A stretch of DNA of 64,000 nucleotides from the NCBI GenBank assembly GCA_965223345.1, contig CBDCWG010000012.1, positions 704,001-768,000 on the forward strand, given 5' to 3'. Source of the DNA: Nitrospinales bacterium. Its GTDB lineage: Bacteria; Nitrospinota; Nitrospinia; Nitrospinales; VA-1. The translations under genes were made by a program, and so were the position numbers. The notes beneath the pieces were generated by a model. It ran no database searches, was not told where the DNA came from, and saw only the letters and a program-made list of their open reading frames with translations. This document shows, in pieces, positions 46,430-57,476 of the stretch (positions are counted from its first letter, which is position 1; the number at the start of each line of letters is the position of its first letter).

Positions 46430-47407
46430 TCAGGTGCGGGCGAAGGCCCGGATGTACTCGACGAAAATCCGGTTGTCGAACTGACCGTTCATTTTCGTTT
46501 TCATCTCCGAAAGCGCCTCAAACGGGGTGAACGAGGGGCGGTATTGCCGTTTGCAGACCAGGGCGTTGAACACATCGGAAATGGTGCAGATCCGGGCAAC
46601 GGTGGAGATCCTCTCTCCCACCAGTCCGGCGGGATACCCCGATCCGTCGAACTTTTCGTGATGCTCCATGGCCATGGCCAGAATGTTGGGGGTGAAGCAT
46701 TTCATGTCGTTGAGCACTTTTTTGCCGGCTGAGGGGTGCTTGCGGATGTATTGCCATTCTTCCGGGGCCAGCTTGCCTTGTTTCTCGAGCACCGGCTCCG
46801 GAATCGTCTTCTTGCCGATATCGAACAGCATGCCCCCGAGCCCCAACTCCTGAATCTCTTTCGGGTCCATTTTAAATTTGGTGCCCAGATAGAGGTTGTA
46901 CAAGCCGGTGTTGGCGCAGTGGGTGTGGTGCTCGTTTTCCCTTTGCGTCAATTTGAAGATGTCCTTGGACTCCATTTTGCCGAGAGCCATGCAGGTCTGC
47001 ATGACATTGACGACATCGCCCAGGGAACGCAGGATGCGGGAGGAGCCGATGCTTTGAAAGTATTCCCGCAAGATCATCTGGGCGACCTGATAGCCGTCCT
47101 TGAGAATTTTCTCGAACGGCTCCTTCATGGACAGGCTTTGATTGAGATTTTGAATCAAAAAGTCGCGGTAGTAACGAATGAGGTCGTTTTCGTGGATGAA
47201 CAGCTTCTGGTGGCTGTCGGACTCCAGCAGTTTTCGGATCTTTATCCGGGTCTCGGGCGTGTAGCTTGCGAACTTTAAAAACTGCGGTTCGCGTTCGCTC
47301 TTGTCGAGCCGGTAATACAGCTCGAAACCGATTTCGGGCCCGGCTCTCCAGGCTTTGTCGAGGAAGCCGCGGTTGATTTCCCGGTAATATTGGCTGATCG
47401 AGTCCAT
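46430..47407 (-). CDS. HD-GYP domain protein with a degenerate HD motif
   Basis: LFDIGK, KHP, HHEKFDGSGYP, DVFNAL..R.YR. Confidence 0.87.
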   Translation of the reverse strand: MDSISQYYREINRGFLDKAWRAGPEIGFELYYRLDKSEREPQFLKFASYTPETRIKIRKLLESDSHQKLFIHENDLIRYYRDFLIQNLNQSLSMKEPFEKILKDGYQVAQMILREYFQSIGSSRILRSLGDVVNVMQTCMALGKMESKDIFKLTQRENEHHTHCANTGLYNLYLGTKFKMDPKEIQELGLGGMLFDIGKKTIPEPVLEKQGKLAPEEWQYIRKHPSAGKKVLNDMKCFTPNILAMAMEHHEKFDGSGYPAGLVGERISTVARICTISDVFNALVCKRQYRPSFTPFEALSEMKTKMNGQFDNRIFVEYIRAFART

Positions 47408-47786
47408 TGTTTGTGTGCTGTAAAATTGAGGGATGCGTCTGAGGAACCCTCACACGCTTGACTCACTCCTTCAAAAGCAAACTGCGAATGCCCGGTACTG
47501 GATTGGGTGAAGTAATACCTTTTCGGAATATTCAAAAAAATCTTTAATTTCGCTGAAATTTCTATTGAATCTAGATAAAATTTAATTCTATTTTATCAAA
47601 GAACGTGCAGAAATACAATGACTTAGGCGGAATCGGTCTGCGGGGGGGCGACCCGGAAATTTTCGCCAGAAACGGGTGTTTTGCGGCGAATTTTTCTGGA
47701 GAATGCCCGGAATTGTGCTTAAATGTGGCCCCGAAGGGGGTTTTTGACAGCCAATATGCGAAAAAATCGTGGGGGATCCTAGAATC

Positions 47787-48539
47787 ATGCTGAAACTGGT
47801 GTTGCTGCGGCACGGTCAAAGTCAATGGAATCTGGAAAACCGGTTCACGGGGTGGACGGATGTGGATCTCACTCCCGAAGGGGAGCGGGAAGCCCGGAAT
47901 GCCGGCAAACTGCTGAAAGAGGAGGGGTACACCTTCGACATCGCGTACACCTCCGTGCTGAAACGGGCGATCCGCACGCTGTGGATCGTGCTGGACGAGA
48001 TGGACCTGATGTGGCTTCCCGTGCAGCGGTCCTGGCGCTTGAACGAGCGGCATTACGGCGGCTTGCAGGGGCTCAACAAGGCGGAGACCGCCGAAAAGCA
48101 CGGGGCGGACCAGGTTCTGGTCTGGCGGCGCAGCTATTCCACCCCGCCGCCGGCCCTGCCGGACGGGGACGAACGGTTGCCGGACACCGACCCGCGCTAC
48201 GCCGGCCTTGCCGCCAAAGACCTTCCGCGCACGGAAGCCCTGTCGCACACGGTGGAGCGCTTTCTGCCCTACTGGTTCGAGACCATCGTGCCGACGCTCC
48301 AGTCCGGAAAAAAAGTGCTGATCTGTGCGCACGGCAACAGCCTGCGGGCGCTGGTGAAACACCTGGACGGCATCAGCGAGGAGGAAATCGTGGGGCTCAA
48401 CATCCCCACCGGAATTCCCCTGGTGTACGAGCTGGATGGGGATCTGAAACCCATCAGGCACTACTACCTGGGTGACCCCGAGGCGGCGAAAAAAGCCGCG
48501 GAAGCAGTCGCCAAACAGGCGGGAAACAATCCCGGTTGA
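47787..48539 (+). CDS. gpmA: 2,3-bisphosphoglycerate-dependent phosphoglycerate mutase
   Basis: [42 protein letters not shown]. Confidence 0.97.
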   Translation: MLKLVLLRHGQSQWNLENRFTGWTDVDLTPEGEREARNAGKLLKEEGYTFDIAYTSVLKRAIRTLWIVLDEMDLMWLPVQRSWRLNERHYGGLQGLNKAETAEKHGADQVLVWRRSYSTPPPALPDGDERLPDTDPRYAGLAAKDLPRTEALSHTVERFLPYWFETIVPTLQSGKKVLICAHGNSLRALVKHLDGISEEEIVGLNIPTGIPLVYELDGDLKPIRHYYLGDPEAAKKAAEAVAKQAGNNPG

Positions 48540-48575
48540 GTTTTTTTGGGTGGATCGTGAGCCGGGAAAACCGCC

Positions 48576-50270
48576 TCACTCTTTGATCATCTGCTCGGCG
48601 TGCTTCAGAGTCACGTCGGTGATCGTTTCTCCGCCGGACATGCGGGCGATTTCGCGCACGCGCTGCGCGTGATCCAGTCGCTCGATCACCGAATGGGTGC
48701 GCTCATCCTTCACGGCTTTGTGCACCCGGTAATGCGCCGAGGCCATGCCCGCGATCTGCGGCAGGTGGGTGATGCAGAACACCTGCTTGCCGCGCGAGAC
48801 CTTTTTCAGCTTCAACCCCACCTTCTCGGCGACGTTGCCGCCGATGCCCGTGTCCACCTCGTCGAACACCATGACCGGAACCGGATCCTGTTCGTTGAGC
48901 GTGGATTTCAAGGCCAGCATCACCCGCGACAGTTCGCCGCCCGAGGCGATTTTTGCGAGCGGCCGCAACTGTTCGCCGGGATTGGATGAAAACAGAAACT
49001 CCATGCTGCCGATGCCCGTGGGGTAGAGGCGGACCTTGTTCTCCCGGAAACGCACGCAACTTTGCGGATCGGGTTCGTAATCGAAGCGAACGCCGAAACG
49101 GACCTGATTCATGTTCAGGTCCTTGAGTTCGCTTTCCACCTTCTTCTGGATTTCCTTGGCGGTCTGTTCGCGTTTGTGCGCCAGATCGACCGCCCGCTTT
49201 TCCAGTTCGTTCTCTTTTTCTTCGATCGATGCGATCAACTGGGTTTTGGTTTCTTCGCTGCTGGAAAAAGAATCCAGCTCCTTCGCCAGGGTCTCGCGGC
49301 GGGCCAGGATGCTGGCGACGTCGCTGCCGTATTTGCGTTTCAAGCCGTTGATCTCGGCCAGCCGGTCCTCGATTTCTTCCAGGCGGGCGGGATTGAATTC
49401 GATCGTGCGCGAGTAGGACCGGGTTTCTTCGAGCAGCTCTTCCATTTCAAAGTAACCGTTCTGCGCCCGCTCAGCGGGTTTTTTCAGCGCCTCGTCCACT
49501 TCGGCACAGGTCTCCAGTTCGCGCTGGACTTTGCGCAACATCTCGAGGATCGATCCGTCGGCTTCCGCCAGCAGGGCCTGGGTGGTTTGCAGACTCTGGG
49601 AAAGTTTTTCCGCGTGCACCAGCTTGTGTTTCTCCGCTTTGAGTTCCTCTTCTTCCGCCGGGCTGAGTCCCGCGTTGTCGATCTCCGCCAGCTGGAACCG
49701 CAAAAATTCCTCTTTTTGCAGACGGTCGCGCTCGTTGGTATGAAGATCCTGCAAACGCTTCCGCTCGCTTTGCCAGTCCTGGTGCAGGCGGCCCAGCTCT
49801 TCTTTCTCGCGCACGGTTTTGCCGTGCTTGTCCAGCAGCTCCAGGTGAGTCTCGGTGCGCAGCAGAGCCTGGTGATCGTGCTGGCCATGAATGTCCACCA
49901 GCCGTTGACCGATTTTGCTGAGCGTGGCGAGGGTGATGCTGTTGTCGTTCAGATAACAGCGGCTCTTGCCGGCGTGCGAGAGCGTGCGCTTGATGAAAAT
50001 CTCCCGGTCGCACACCTCGATTCCCAGATCGTTGAGTTCGCTGAGCAGAACCGCGTCGTCGGTATGAAACAGGGCTTCGACACTCAGGGATTGCTCGCCG
50101 GAACGGATCGCGTCTTTATCGGCGCGGCTCCCCAGAATGAGGTTGAGCGCGTCGATGAGGATCGATTTTCCCGCCCCGGTTTCCCCGGTCAGCACATTGA
50201 GCCCCGGCTTGAAATCGACGCGCAGCTGGTCGATGATGGCGAAATGCGTGATGTGAATTTCTTTGAGCAT
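48576..50270 (-). CDS. recN: DNA repair protein RecN
   Basis: LTGETGAGKS, IHGQH, ASGGELSR, FDEVDTG, ITHLPQIA. Confidence 0.97.
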   Translation of the reverse strand: MLKEIHITHFAIIDQLRVDFKPGLNVLTGETGAGKSILIDALNLILGSRADKDAIRSGEQSLSVEALFHTDDAVLLSELNDLGIEVCDREIFIKRTLSHAGKSRCYLNDNSITLATLSKIGQRLVDIHGQHDHQALLRTETHLELLDKHGKTVREKEELGRLHQDWQSERKRLQDLHTNERDRLQKEEFLRFQLAEIDNAGLSPAEEEELKAEKHKLVHAEKLSQSLQTTQALLAEADGSILEMLRKVQRELETCAEVDEALKKPAERAQNGYFEMEELLEETRSYSRTIEFNPARLEEIEDRLAEINGLKRKYGSDVASILARRETLAKELDSFSSSEETKTQLIASIEEKENELEKRAVDLAHKREQTAKEIQKKVESELKDLNMNQVRFGVRFDYEPDPQSCVRFRENKVRLYPTGIGSMEFLFSSNPGEQLRPLAKIASGGELSRVMLALKSTLNEQDPVPVMVFDEVDTGIGGNVAEKVGLKLKKVSRGKQVFCITHLPQIAGMASAHYRVHKAVKDERTHSVIERLDHAQRVREIARMSGGETITDVTLKHAEQMIKE

Positions 50271-50281
50271 GGACGGTTCCT

Positions 50282-51013
50282 CTACTCAATGTAGGCGGTG
50301 ATTTTCTGCAGTAATTTTTCGCCGCGCTCGCGGATGCTTTTGACTTCGGGATGGCCGGCATCCTGCTGCGTGTTTTGCAGCAGCTTGTTGAGGACGTCGC
50401 GGGCGGGGACGAATTGATGGTCCTGGTAATAGGCTTCGGCGAGGAACAGGTAGTTGTCGCCCATCTGCGGCCCCAGCCGCACCGCTTCTTTAAAATGGGC
50501 GATGGATTTTTCCAGGCTGCCGCCCAAAAGGCCGGGCAGCTCCATGTACAATTTCCCCAGCGCCCGGTGCGGCCCGCCCGATTCGACGGAAGGATCGAAC
50601 TGGATGGCGGCCTGCATGTCCTTCTTGAACGGTTTGATGATCTTCAGACTGCTCCACACGCCCTGACTTTCCCCCTGTTTGCCGCGGCACAGGCCGCGGA
50701 AGAAATAACCGATGGCCGACTGGGGATCGAGCTTGAGGGCCTCATCGGCGGACCGGATGCAGGACTGGTAGCTCCGGTTTTTCGCGTCTCCCTGGCTCAG
50801 GTTCCCCTGGGCGAAATGGTTGCGCGCCTGCCTCCAGGCCAGATCCGCAGACGGATTCTGCTGCATGCGTTCGGTGAGGATTTGCAACTGGTTTTGCAGG
50901 GCGCTGCGATCGGATTTGCTCGCGCGGTGCTGCCGGTCGAGGGTTTCAAGGCTGTCCGGATCCGTCGGAGAGGCGAACGTCAGGAGTAGGGCCAACAGGA
51001 AGGGGGGGATCAT
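50282..51013 (-). CDS. Exported TPR protein (TatT-like)
   Basis: Hydrophobic N-terminus, TPR helices, GGPHRALGKLY.ELPG.LGG. Confidence 0.65.
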   Translation of the reverse strand: MIPPFLLALLLTFASPTDPDSLETLDRQHRASKSDRSALQNQLQILTERMQQNPSADLAWRQARNHFAQGNLSQGDAKNRSYQSCIRSADEALKLDPQSAIGYFFRGLCRGKQGESQGVWSSLKIIKPFKKDMQAAIQFDPSVESGGPHRALGKLYMELPGLLGGSLEKSIAHFKEAVRLGPQMGDNYLFLAEAYYQDHQFVPARDVLNKLLQNTQQDAGHPEVKSIRERGEKLLQKITAYIE

Positions 51014-51164
51014 GATGACGGATTAATTCCTTCTCAAGTGTCCTCTTGAATGATAGTCTATATTTGCCTCAAAGATGAAATCAAAATTTTGCCGCATCGG
51101 TACGGCCCCGCGGAGTCTTGAACGCCAAGGCTTCGGATTCGTCAACCACAATTTATCACACATC

Positions 51165-51764
51165 ATGCGAATGCACGCCAAAGCGCTGGGTTGGGTTTTG
51201 ATTTTCTTTTTGTTTGCGGGTGCGTCCCAAGGGGCGGCGCCCAAGGAGTCGGTGGAAAAACTTTTGCAGGCCATCCAGTCGATTCAGACCGGCGACGCGG
51301 TTTCCAAGGAGCAGAAGAAAAAAAACCGCGAGCTTTCCGATCGTGCGCTGGGTTATCTGGATGTGACGGAAGTCAGCAAGAAAGCCCTGGGGAAACACTG
51401 GGCGAAACGGTCGGATGCGGAGAAAAAGCAGTTCCGCGACCTTTTGAGCGAGTTGTTCGTCTACGTGGCGTTTCCCAACTCGGGCAAATTCTTCAAGGAC
51501 CTCAAACTGGAATACGCGGAATCCGAGGTCAACAAAACCCGCGCCCTGGTTCCGATGACGGTGCTGCACAAGGAAGAGGGGGAAGTGGATATCGATTTTT
51601 TTCTCGAGTCGAAAAAGGATGGCTGGAAGGTGGTCGATGTGCACCTCGACGGGATCAGCATGCGCAACAATCTGCGCAGCCAGTTTTACAGGGTGATCGC
51701 GGAAAAAGATTTCAACGAATTGATGAAACGCATGCAAAAAAAACTCAAGGAAGCGAAAGCGTGA
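51165..51764 (+). CDS. MlaC/Ttg2D-like periplasmic lipid-binding protein
   Basis: Signal peptide, ALGKHW, WKVVDV.LDGIS...RSQF. Confidence 0.8.
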   Translation: MRMHAKALGWVLIFFLFAGASQGAAPKESVEKLLQAIQSIQTGDAVSKEQKKKNRELSDRALGYLDVTEVSKKALGKHWAKRSDAEKKQFRDLLSELFVYVAFPNSGKFFKDLKLEYAESEVNKTRALVPMTVLHKEEGEVDIDFFLESKKDGWKVVDVHLDGISMRNNLRSQFYRVIAEKDFNELMKRMQKKLKEAKA

Positions 51765-51789
51765 GGGATCGTGTGAAACGGCGTCGGGC

Positions 51790-53145
51790 ATGAAGAAGAT
51801 CGGCGTGGTCAGCCTGGGCTGTCCCAAAAATACCGTGGATACGGAATACGTGCTGGGCGATCTCACGGCGTCGGGCTATGCCATCACGCCCCGCTACGAA
51901 GAAGCGGAAGTGCTCATCGTCAACACCTGCGGGTTCATCGAATCGGCGACGCGCGAGTCGATCGACGCCATTCTCGAGATGGCGCAGTTCAAAACCGAGG
52001 GGCGATGCCGGCAGCTGATCGTGACCGGCTGTCTGTCCGAACGCTACCGGGAAGACCTGCTGAAGGAGATCCCGGAGATCGACGCCCTTTTGGGCGTGCA
52101 CCAGTATCCCCAGCTCAAAGAGATCATCCGGCAATCCACAAGTGCGGGACCGGGCTCCAACGGCGGCAGCCATCTGGATCTGCCGGCGGCTTATTTTGAA
52201 TCGTATGCCAACCGGGTGCTGACGACGCCGGGTTACTCCGCCTATCTCAAGATCGCGGAAGGCTGTTCGAACCGCTGCTCGTTCTGCATCATCCCGAAGA
52301 TGCGCGGCCGGTTTCGCAGCCAGCCGATCGAGTCGATCCTGCGGGAGGCGCGCGGGCTTGCGGCGCAGGGTGTCAAGGAATTCAATCTCATCTCGCAGGA
52401 CACGACGATGTACGGTCTGGACCTGGGGATGAAACACGGCCTGGTTCAACTTCTGCAAGCGCTGTCGCGCGAGGACGGAGTGGAATGGATCCGGCTGTTC
52501 TATTGTTATCCGACCTTCATCGACCCCGTCCTGATCGATTGCATCGCGACGGAGGAGAAAGTTTTGAACTACATCGACGTGCCGCTGCAGCACTCGCACG
52601 ATGCGATGCTCAAAAAAATGAAACGCCAGGAAACCGAAAAGCAGGTACGCGGCATGATCGACGCCATTCGCGACAAGATCCCGGATGTGGCGCTGAGGAC
52701 CACGTTCATCACCGGATTCCCAGGCGAAACCGGCGCTCACTTTCAACACACGGCCCGGTTTCTTGAGGAAATCGAATTCGATCATGTGGGGGTGTTCACC
52801 TATTCGCACGAGGAGGGCACGACCGCCTTTGAATACCGGGACGATGTGCCTGCCGAAGAAAAAGAAGCGCGCAAAGCCGCATTGATGGCGATCCAAAAAG
52901 ATATCAGTCTGAAGAAAAACCGTGCGCGGGTGGGAGAGGTGCATCCGGTGCTGGTCGAAGGCGCGGACCCCGATGAGGGCTATCTGGTCACCGGCCGGCT
53001 TAGGTCGCAGGCTCCCGAGATCGACGGGCAGGTGATCGTCGAGGCGAGCGATGTGCAGCCGGGCGAGATCGTGCCCATGCGCATCACCGGGGCGATGGAT
53101 TACGATCTTGTCGCGCAGGCGGAGGCACAGAGACTGGCCGGTTGA
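51790..53145 (+). CDS. rimO: Ribosomal protein S12 methylthiotransferase RimO
   Basis: SLGCPKNTVD, NTCGFI, KIAEGCSNRCSFC, RLFYCYP, APEIDG TRAM domain. Confidence 0.96.
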   Translation: MKKIGVVSLGCPKNTVDTEYVLGDLTASGYAITPRYEEAEVLIVNTCGFIESATRESIDAILEMAQFKTEGRCRQLIVTGCLSERYREDLLKEIPEIDALLGVHQYPQLKEIIRQSTSAGPGSNGGSHLDLPAAYFESYANRVLTTPGYSAYLKIAEGCSNRCSFCIIPKMRGRFRSQPIESILREARGLAAQGVKEFNLISQDTTMYGLDLGMKHGLVQLLQALSREDGVEWIRLFYCYPTFIDPVLIDCIATEEKVLNYIDVPLQHSHDAMLKKMKRQETEKQVRGMIDAIRDKIPDVALRTTFITGFPGETGAHFQHTARFLEEIEFDHVGVFTYSHEEGTTAFEYRDDVPAEEKEARKAALMAIQKDISLKKNRARVGEVHPVLVEGADPDEGYLVTGRLRSQAPEIDGQVIVEASDVQPGEIVPMRITGAMDYDLVAQAEAQRLAG

Positions 53146-53215
53146 CGTGTCCGTGTTTATTCTTGTTAGAGTTCTCTCCTGAGATCAAACCGCATTCCAT
53201 GATACGTGGCATTCG

Positions 53216-54310
53216 ATGAAACTCAAACGCCTGGGAATACTGACCGGAGGCGGAGATTGCGCGGGCCTCAACGCCGTCATCCGCGCGGTGACGCGCACCG
53301 CTCATTTCGAGCACGGAGCGCAGGTGATCGGGATCGAGCTGGGGTTCGACGGGTTGATCTTCGATTACCACAAAGAACTCACCTACGATAACACCAAAGA
53401 CATCCTGCCTTTGGGCGGCACCGTCCTGGGCACCACCAACAAGGGAAACCCGTTCGCCTATCGGGAATTCGGTGCGGATGGCCAGGTTGTCGAAACCGAT
53501 TATTCCCAGAGGGCGCTGGAGAATTTCAAGCGGCTCAAACTCGATTGCCTGTTTGTGGTGGGTGGTGAGGGAACGCTGATGATCGGGCAACGGTTGTTCG
53601 AGCTGGGCCTGCCGGTGATCGGGATTCCCAAAACCATCGACAACGATCTCGGCGAGACGGACTACACATTCGGCTTTCAGACCGCGGTGCAGGTGGCCAC
53701 GGATGCGCTGGACCGGCTGCACACCACCGGCCGGAGCCACCGCCGGGTCATGATCCTGGAAGTGATGGGGCGGCATGCGGGCTGGATCGCGCTGGAGGCG
53801 GGGATAGCCGGGGGCGCCCACATCATTCTGATTCCGGAGGTGCCCTATCATCTGGATAAAGTCCTGGGCAAGATCCGGCAGCGCGAGGCGGACGGCTATC
53901 CGTTCAGCATCCTGGTGGTGGCGGAAGGGGCGCATGAGGTCGGCGGACGCGAGATCATCCTGAAGAGCGCCTCCAGCCGTCTGCAGGGGGTCGCCCAACT
54001 GGGCGGCGTCGGCAATCACCTCGCCGATGCCATCAGTAAGCAGATCGACCTGGAAGTCCGGTGCACGGTATTGGGCCACACTCAGCGGGGAGGCACCCCC
54101 AACAGTTTCGACCGGGTTCTGGGAACCCGGCTCGGGGCGTATGCCGTGCGGGCCGCCGCGGCGGGCGAGTTCGGCACCATGGTCGCCCTGAAAACCCCGG
54201 AAATGACTCTGGTTCCCATGCAGGGCCTGGCCGGGAAAATCCGCAACGTGCCGATGAATTCCCAGCTCATCGACTGCGCGGAGTCCGTCGGAATCAGCCT
54301 CGGCCGCTAA
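53216..54310 (+). CDS. pfkA: 6-phosphofructokinase (PfkA family)
   Basis: TGGGDCAGLN, GGEGT, PKTIDND, EVMGR, LGHTQRGG. Confidence 0.93.
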   Translation: MKLKRLGILTGGGDCAGLNAVIRAVTRTAHFEHGAQVIGIELGFDGLIFDYHKELTYDNTKDILPLGGTVLGTTNKGNPFAYREFGADGQVVETDYSQRALENFKRLKLDCLFVVGGEGTLMIGQRLFELGLPVIGIPKTIDNDLGETDYTFGFQTAVQVATDALDRLHTTGRSHRRVMILEVMGRHAGWIALEAGIAGGAHIILIPEVPYHLDKVLGKIRQREADGYPFSILVVAEGAHEVGGREIILKSASSRLQGVAQLGGVGNHLADAISKQIDLEVRCTVLGHTQRGGTPNSFDRVLGTRLGAYAVRAAAAGEFGTMVALKTPEMTLVPMQGLAGKIRNVPMNSQLIDCAESVGISLGR

Positions 54311-54311
54311 G

Positions 54312-54344
54312 CCCCGCCCACGCCCTGTGGGCCGCGGGGTTTGT
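54312..54344 (+). terminator. Possible intrinsic terminator after pfkA
   Basis: CCCCGC-CCAC...GTGG..GCGGGG-TTTGT bulged hairpin. Confidence 0.45.
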
Positions 54345-54413
54345 CCTTGTCACGTCATAGGCAGTGTGCTAATCTAGCCCTCCAAAGGATCTCATCCATA
54401 TAAAGTATTCTAA

Positions 54414-54505
54414 TTTCACACGCAGCCGGATCGACCCCGGGGTGGCCTGATTCAGGTTCCGGGCGAGAGACGATGGCTGCGGCGGAAGAACCCACACCTT
54501 GAAGG
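54414..54505 (+). ncRNA. rpsB leader (t44-like S2 autoregulatory RNA)
   Basis: CACAC...CCGGGGT... leader with GCAGCC/GGCTGC pairing directly 5' of rpsB, after an extended -10 TGTGCTAATCT. Confidence 0.5.
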
Positions 54506-54513
54506 AGCGCATC

Positions 54514-55311
54514 ATGGCCGAAGTCACAATGAAGGGGCTGCTGGAGGCGGGTGTCCATTTTGGCCACCAGACCACCCGGTGGAGCCCGAAGATGAAGAAG
54601 TACATTTATGGCGCCCGAAATGGCATCCATATCGTCGATCTGCAGAAAACCCTAAAAAAATTTCGGGAGGCGGAAAAATTTGTCTCCGAAATTTCCCAGG
54701 CGGGTAAGAAAATCCTGTTTGTGGCCACCAAGAAGCAGGCGCAGGAGTTGATCGCCCAGGAAGCGGTCCGTTGCGGAATGTATTACGTGAATCAGCGCTG
54801 GCTCGGCGGCACGATGACGAACTTCACCACCATCCGCAAGAGCATCGACCGGTTGCTGGAACTGGAGCGGATGGAGGAAGAGAACGAGTTCGACCGGCTT
54901 CATAAGAAAGAAGCCTTGAAGAAAAGGAAGGAAATCGAAAAGCTGAATAAGTTTTTCCGGGGAATCAAACCGATGAAGCGGCTGCCCGATGTGATCTTCA
55001 TCGTGGACACCCGCAAAGAAAAAATCGCCCTCGCGGAAGCCAAAAAACTGGGAATCAAAATCATCGCCATTGTGGACACCAACTGCGATCCGGATGGGAT
55101 CGATTATCCGATTCCCGGGAACGACGACGCGATTCGTTCTATCAAGCTGTTCACCCAGCGGATCGCCGATCTGTGTGTCGAGGGCCAGGAAATGGTTCGG
55201 GCCCGTCAGGAGGAGGAAGCCTCCAGCAAACAGGAGGCTGCGGAAGCGGCTGCCGCAAGCGCCGGCGATGCCGCCTCGGACGAAAAAAGCGGAGACACGG
55301 TTCCTGCCTGA
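54514..55311 (+). CDS. rpsB: 30S ribosomal protein S2
   Basis: [30 protein letters not shown]. Confidence 0.98.
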   Translation: MAEVTMKGLLEAGVHFGHQTTRWSPKMKKYIYGARNGIHIVDLQKTLKKFREAEKFVSEISQAGKKILFVATKKQAQELIAQEAVRCGMYYVNQRWLGGTMTNFTTIRKSIDRLLELERMEEENEFDRLHKKEALKKRKEIEKLNKFFRGIKPMKRLPDVIFIVDTRKEKIALAEAKKLGIKIIAIVDTNCDPDGIDYPIPGNDDAIRSIKLFTQRIADLCVEGQEMVRARQEEEASSKQEAAEAAAASAGDAASDEKSGDTVPA

Positions 55312-55490
55312 TCGGCATGCCTTCCCCATCAATCCCGCCGGTTCATCGATCTTCAGTCTTCTGGGATTCCGGGGAGCCTCATGAGGGCTCCATTTCCGTT
55401 GCGATATTTCAGATTTGGAACAGGAGCGGGGACGTCGGGACCGGATAAACGGTAACTAACAATTTGTGAGTGTTGAGGAGTGAATTGAGG

Positions 55491-56084
55491 ATGGATATCA
55501 CTGCAGAAATGGTTAAAGAGCTGCGCACCAAATCCGGTGCGGGCATTATGGAATGCAAAAGCGCCCTGAAAGAGACCAAAGGCGATGTCGAGGAAGCGAT
55601 CACGTTTCTCAGGAAAAAGGGACTGGCCAAGGCGGGCAAGAAGTCGGATCGCCAGACCGGGGACGGAGCGATCGGGGCGTACATCCATGCTGGCAATAAA
55701 ATCGGTGTCATGGTGCGCCTTCACTGCGAAACCGATTTCGTCGCCAACACACCCGACTTTCAGGAATTGATCAAGGATATCGGCATGCACATCGCCGCTT
55801 CCAAGACCCGCTTCATCTCCCGGGAAGACGTCACCGAGGACGACATCAAAAAAGAGCGGGAAATTTTCGCGCATCAGGCGCGGGAATCGGGAAAACCCGA
55901 AAACATCATCGATAAGATCGTGGATGGGAAAATCGGCAAGTTTTACGAAGAAAACTGCCTGCTGGATCAGCCGTTCATCAAAGACACAAGCCTCACCGTC
56001 GGGGAATTGATCAAACAGAAGATCGCTCTTTTGGGAGAGAACATCACAGTCGGAGAGTTTGTCCGTTTTGAAATTTCCAAATAA
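55491..56084 (+). CDS. tsf: Elongation factor Ts (short form)
   Basis: [36 protein letters not shown]. Confidence 0.97.
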   Translation: MDITAEMVKELRTKSGAGIMECKSALKETKGDVEEAITFLRKKGLAKAGKKSDRQTGDGAIGAYIHAGNKIGVMVRLHCETDFVANTPDFQELIKDIGMHIAASKTRFISREDVTEDDIKKEREIFAHQARESGKPENIIDKIVDGKIGKFYEENCLLDQPFIKDTSLTVGELIKQKIALLGENITVGEFVRFEISK

Positions 56085-56098
56085 AGGGTGAGTCATTT

Positions 56099-56818
56099 AT
56101 GGACAGACCGATATACAGCCGCGTTCTCCTCAAACTGGGGGGTGAAAGCCTCGCAGCCAAAGACGGAGGTTTCGGCATCGACCAGGACGCATTGCAGGGC
56201 ATCGCAACGGAAATCCATGAGGCCCGCGACCTGGGTGTGGAGATCGCGATCGTCATCGGCGGCGGCAATATTTTTCGCGGTGTGACCGCCAGCAATCTCG
56301 GTATGGAGCGGGTCACCGCCGATTACATGGGCATGCTCGCGACGGTCATCAATGCGCTCGCTCTCCAGCATGCCTTGGAAGCGCGCGGCATCTCCACACG
56401 CGTGCAGACCGCCATCGAAATCCACCAGCTTGCGGAACCCTATGTGCGGCGCCGGGCGATCCGGCATCTTGAAAAAGGACGGATCATCATTTTTGCCGGT
56501 GGAACCGGCAACCCGTATTTCACGACCGACACCGCCGCCTCCCTGCGCGCGATGGAGATCAATGCGAATGTGATATTCAAGGCGACGAAGGTGGACGGCA
56601 TTTATTCTTCGGACCCGCTCGTGGATTCCGGGGCGACGAAATTCAGCGAGTTGTCTTATCTCGACGTTTTGCAGAAAGGGCTGAAAGTGATGGATTCCAC
56701 ATCGGTGTCCCTCTGCATGGACAACAAGCTGCCCATGGTGATTTTCAATGTGCGGCAGAAAAGCAGCATCAAGCGGGTTCTACTCGGTGAAAAAATCGGC
56801 ACCACAGTAGGAGTTTGA
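56099..56818 (+). CDS. pyrH: UMP kinase
   Basis: [33 protein letters not shown]. Confidence 0.98.
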   Translation: MDRPIYSRVLLKLGGESLAAKDGGFGIDQDALQGIATEIHEARDLGVEIAIVIGGGNIFRGVTASNLGMERVTADYMGMLATVINALALQHALEARGISTRVQTAIEIHQLAEPYVRRRAIRHLEKGRIIIFAGGTGNPYFTTDTAASLRAMEINANVIFKATKVDGIYSSDPLVDSGATKFSELSYLDVLQKGLKVMDSTSVSLCMDNKLPMVIFNVRQKSSIKRVLLGEKIGTTVGV

Positions 56819-56820
56819 AC

Positions 56821-57378
56821 GTGATCGAAAAATTGATCAAGGAATCCGAAGCAAAAATGGGGTACTCCCTGGATCATTTGCGGACCGATCTGGCCAAGCT
56901 GAGAACCGGGCGTGCTTCCCTTGCGATTCTTGAAGATATCAAGGTGGATTACTACGGCAATCCGACCCCGCTGAATCAGGTGGGAACCCTTGCGGTTCCA
57001 GATGCATCGACCATCACCATTCAGCCTTGGGATGCTTCCGTGCTCAAAGACATCGAAAAAGCGGTGCAAAGCTCGGACCTGGGGTTGACGCCGAACAACG
57101 ACGGCAAATTGATCCGTTTGACCATCCCTCCGCTCACGCAGGAGAGGCGGCAGCAGCTGGGCAAGGTGGTCAAAAAACACGCGGAAGAGTGCAAGGTGGC
57201 CATCCGCAACCTGAGACGGGTTTTCAACGACAAGGTCAAGGCGATGGAAAAAAGCCACGAGATATCCCAGGATGACAGCCACAAATACATCGACAAAATG
57301 CAGAAGATCACCGATGCGCACATCGGGGATGTGGACAAGATCGCCCAGGCGAAAGAAAAAGATATCATGGATGTTTGA
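56821..57378 (+). CDS. frr: Ribosome recycling factor
   Basis: LRTGRAS, VDYYG..TPL, LGLTPNNDG, PPLTQERR; GTG behind AGGAG. Confidence 0.97.
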   Translation: MIEKLIKESEAKMGYSLDHLRTDLAKLRTGRASLAILEDIKVDYYGNPTPLNQVGTLAVPDASTITIQPWDASVLKDIEKAVQSSDLGLTPNNDGKLIRLTIPPLTQERRQQLGKVVKKHAEECKVAIRNLRRVFNDKVKAMEKSHEISQDDSHKYIDKMQKITDAHIGDVDKIAQAKEKDIMDV

Positions 57379-57476
57379 CTCGCTCTCATCGATGTTTCCT
57401 CATTTACCCTGGCAGTCCCCCATCCCAGGATTCGATTGAGTCGGATTTATTTTCCCCGCATTCAGGAGACGGCTTC

